Source of the DNA: Candidatus Bipolaricaulia bacterium | GTDB lineage: Bacteria; Bipolaricaulota; Bipolaricaulia; JBHIAT01 | NCBI GenBank assembly: GCA_046758705.1 | Contig: JBHIAT010000012.1 | Coordinates: 1-38,238 of the forward strand | Reading direction: 5' to 3' | DNA length: 38,238 nt | Shown here: in pieces, positions 37,101 to 38,238 of the stretch | Layout of the letters: every line of letters begins with the position of its first letter | Numbering within the stretch: the stretch's first letter is position 1 | Program-made: the position numbers and the translations under genes | The notes under the pieces: generated by a model | Seen by the model: the letters and a program-made list of their open reading frames with translations, nothing else | Database searches by the model: none | What the model was told of the DNA's origin: nothing

Positions 37101-38084
37101 TTATCGGTACTTGCCTGCGAGCTCCTTGACCAACTGGATCTGCTCCTTGGTGACGATCCCGGGTCCCGTCGGGACGATCGGAGGTGGCAACAATCCGAAC
37201 CGTAGGAACGCGTACATGAAGTGCACGGTCATGTAGCCCTGGAGGTACTGTTCCTGATCGACGGCGAACGCCACCTTGCCTTGGTCCATCAGCTCCAGGA
37301 CCCGTGGCGAATAGTCGATGGAAGAGATGATGACCCCGTCAGGGCCGAGCTTGATCCCGACCTGCTCGGCCAACTCGGCGAACGTTTCACCTTCCTCGAC
37401 GGAGCCGGGCATGACGACGTTGGTATCGGGATGGGCCCGGATGTAGTCGACCAGGATCTGAGATGCGAGCACCGGATCTGCGGTCACGTCGATCTGTTCG
37501 GCCGGGATCCCCGCCGCCGTAAACTCATCTATGAAGCCCTGACCTCGCTCCTCGATGTGAAACGCCCCCGGATGGTGGTTTCCGAAGACCGCGCGCGTCA
37601 CGTCGACCCGATTCATCGACTCCCGGGCCACGATCTGGCCGACGAGGTAGTGGTCCTCACCAACGTAGGTCAGGTAAGGGATCTTCTCGCCCACGGGTCT
37701 GGGATCCTGAGCGTTAACGGCAATGACCGCGATGCCGGCCTTCATTGCCCGTCTCAGCGGCTCATCCAGGGCCACGTTGGAGGTGATCGTCACGATGAGT
37801 CCATCAGGCCTGGCAGCGATCGCCGCCTCGACCAGTTGGACGAACTGCTCGAAGTTGTAAGGATCGGGACCGGTATAGATCACCCGAACGTCGGGGAGTT
37901 GAGCATCGGCATCCAATGCACCCTGCTCCACCACCTTCCAGAATGGATGGCCGATGCCTCCGTGGACGACAAAGTAGACGGTATACTGTTTCTGGGCAGC
38001 GGCCGGCTGGAACAGCCCAAACACCAACACTACAGCGAGCAAACCAGCTAAAACACCCAACTTCAAACCTCTATTTCGGGACAT
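37101..38084 (-). CDS. Sugar/inositol ABC transporter substrate-binding protein (RbsB-like, PBP type 1)
   Basis: Signal peptide, FVVHG...PFWKVVEQG, AVDQEQYLQGY, PTGPG; GAGGGGGAG RBS supports ATG 38084. Confidence 0.92.
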   Translation of the reverse strand: MSRNRGLKLGVLAGLLAVVLVFGLFQPAAAQKQYTVYFVVHGGIGHPFWKVVEQGALDADAQLPDVRVIYTGPDPYNFEQFVQLVEAAIAARPDGLIVTITSNVALDEPLRRAMKAGIAVIAVNAQDPRPVGEKIPYLTYVGEDHYLVGQIVARESMNRVDVTRAVFGNHHPGAFHIEERGQGFIDEFTAAGIPAEQIDVTADPVLASQILVDYIRAHPDTNVVMPGSVEEGETFAELAEQVGIKLGPDGVIISSIDYSPRVLELMDQGKVAFAVDQEQYLQGYMTVHFMYAFLRFGLLPPPIVPTGPGIVTKEQIQLVKELAGKYR

Positions 38085-38238
38085 TTTGACTCCCCCTCGT
38101 AAAGTTTGGATTTTTTGGCCCTTAGTTGCCTTCAATCGGGCCATTTTCGGAGCAGTTTTTCCTCACCCCCTTCTTTCTTTATCTGTAACTACTCAGGTGG
38201 GTGCACGTGGCATGATGGGATAGCCCATAAAGACCCGT

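Overview
Gene-dense, mostly GC-rich bacterial chromosomal window with no rRNA, tRNA, CRISPR array or transposase visible. Left to right: the 3' tail of a BREX type 3-like defence locus (pglZ C-terminus, brxA-like gene); a TIM-barrel isomerase; lptC coupled to an archaeal/eukaryote-style pyrG; a DUF4129/membrane/DUF58/membrane operon lacking MoxR, followed by an ornithine cyclodeaminase-family gene; add-fabI; an ABC-2 exporter behind a consensus promoter, 17-aa leader peptide and attenuator-like RNA; a six-gene oligosaccharide ABC importer plus GH1 beta-glucosidase bracketed by two copies of a 63-bp structured direct repeat; FGGY kinase, ketose 3-epimerase-like and LLM oxidoreductase genes; a stand-alone MetH reactivation domain with pabB-pabC; and a minus-strand inositol-type catabolic cluster (sugar ABC, PfkB kinase, UroD/MtaA-family protein, frameshifted Zn-dehydrogenase, Gfo/Idh/MocA, iolD, iolE). 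The top unexplained signal is an NYN (PIN-fold RNase) gene inside that cluster. It faces a near-consensus promoter that would make a ~65-nt three-hairpin non-coding RNA overlapping its stop codon, a candidate RNase/RNA-antitoxin module. All calls come from motif recognition by eye; no searches were run.
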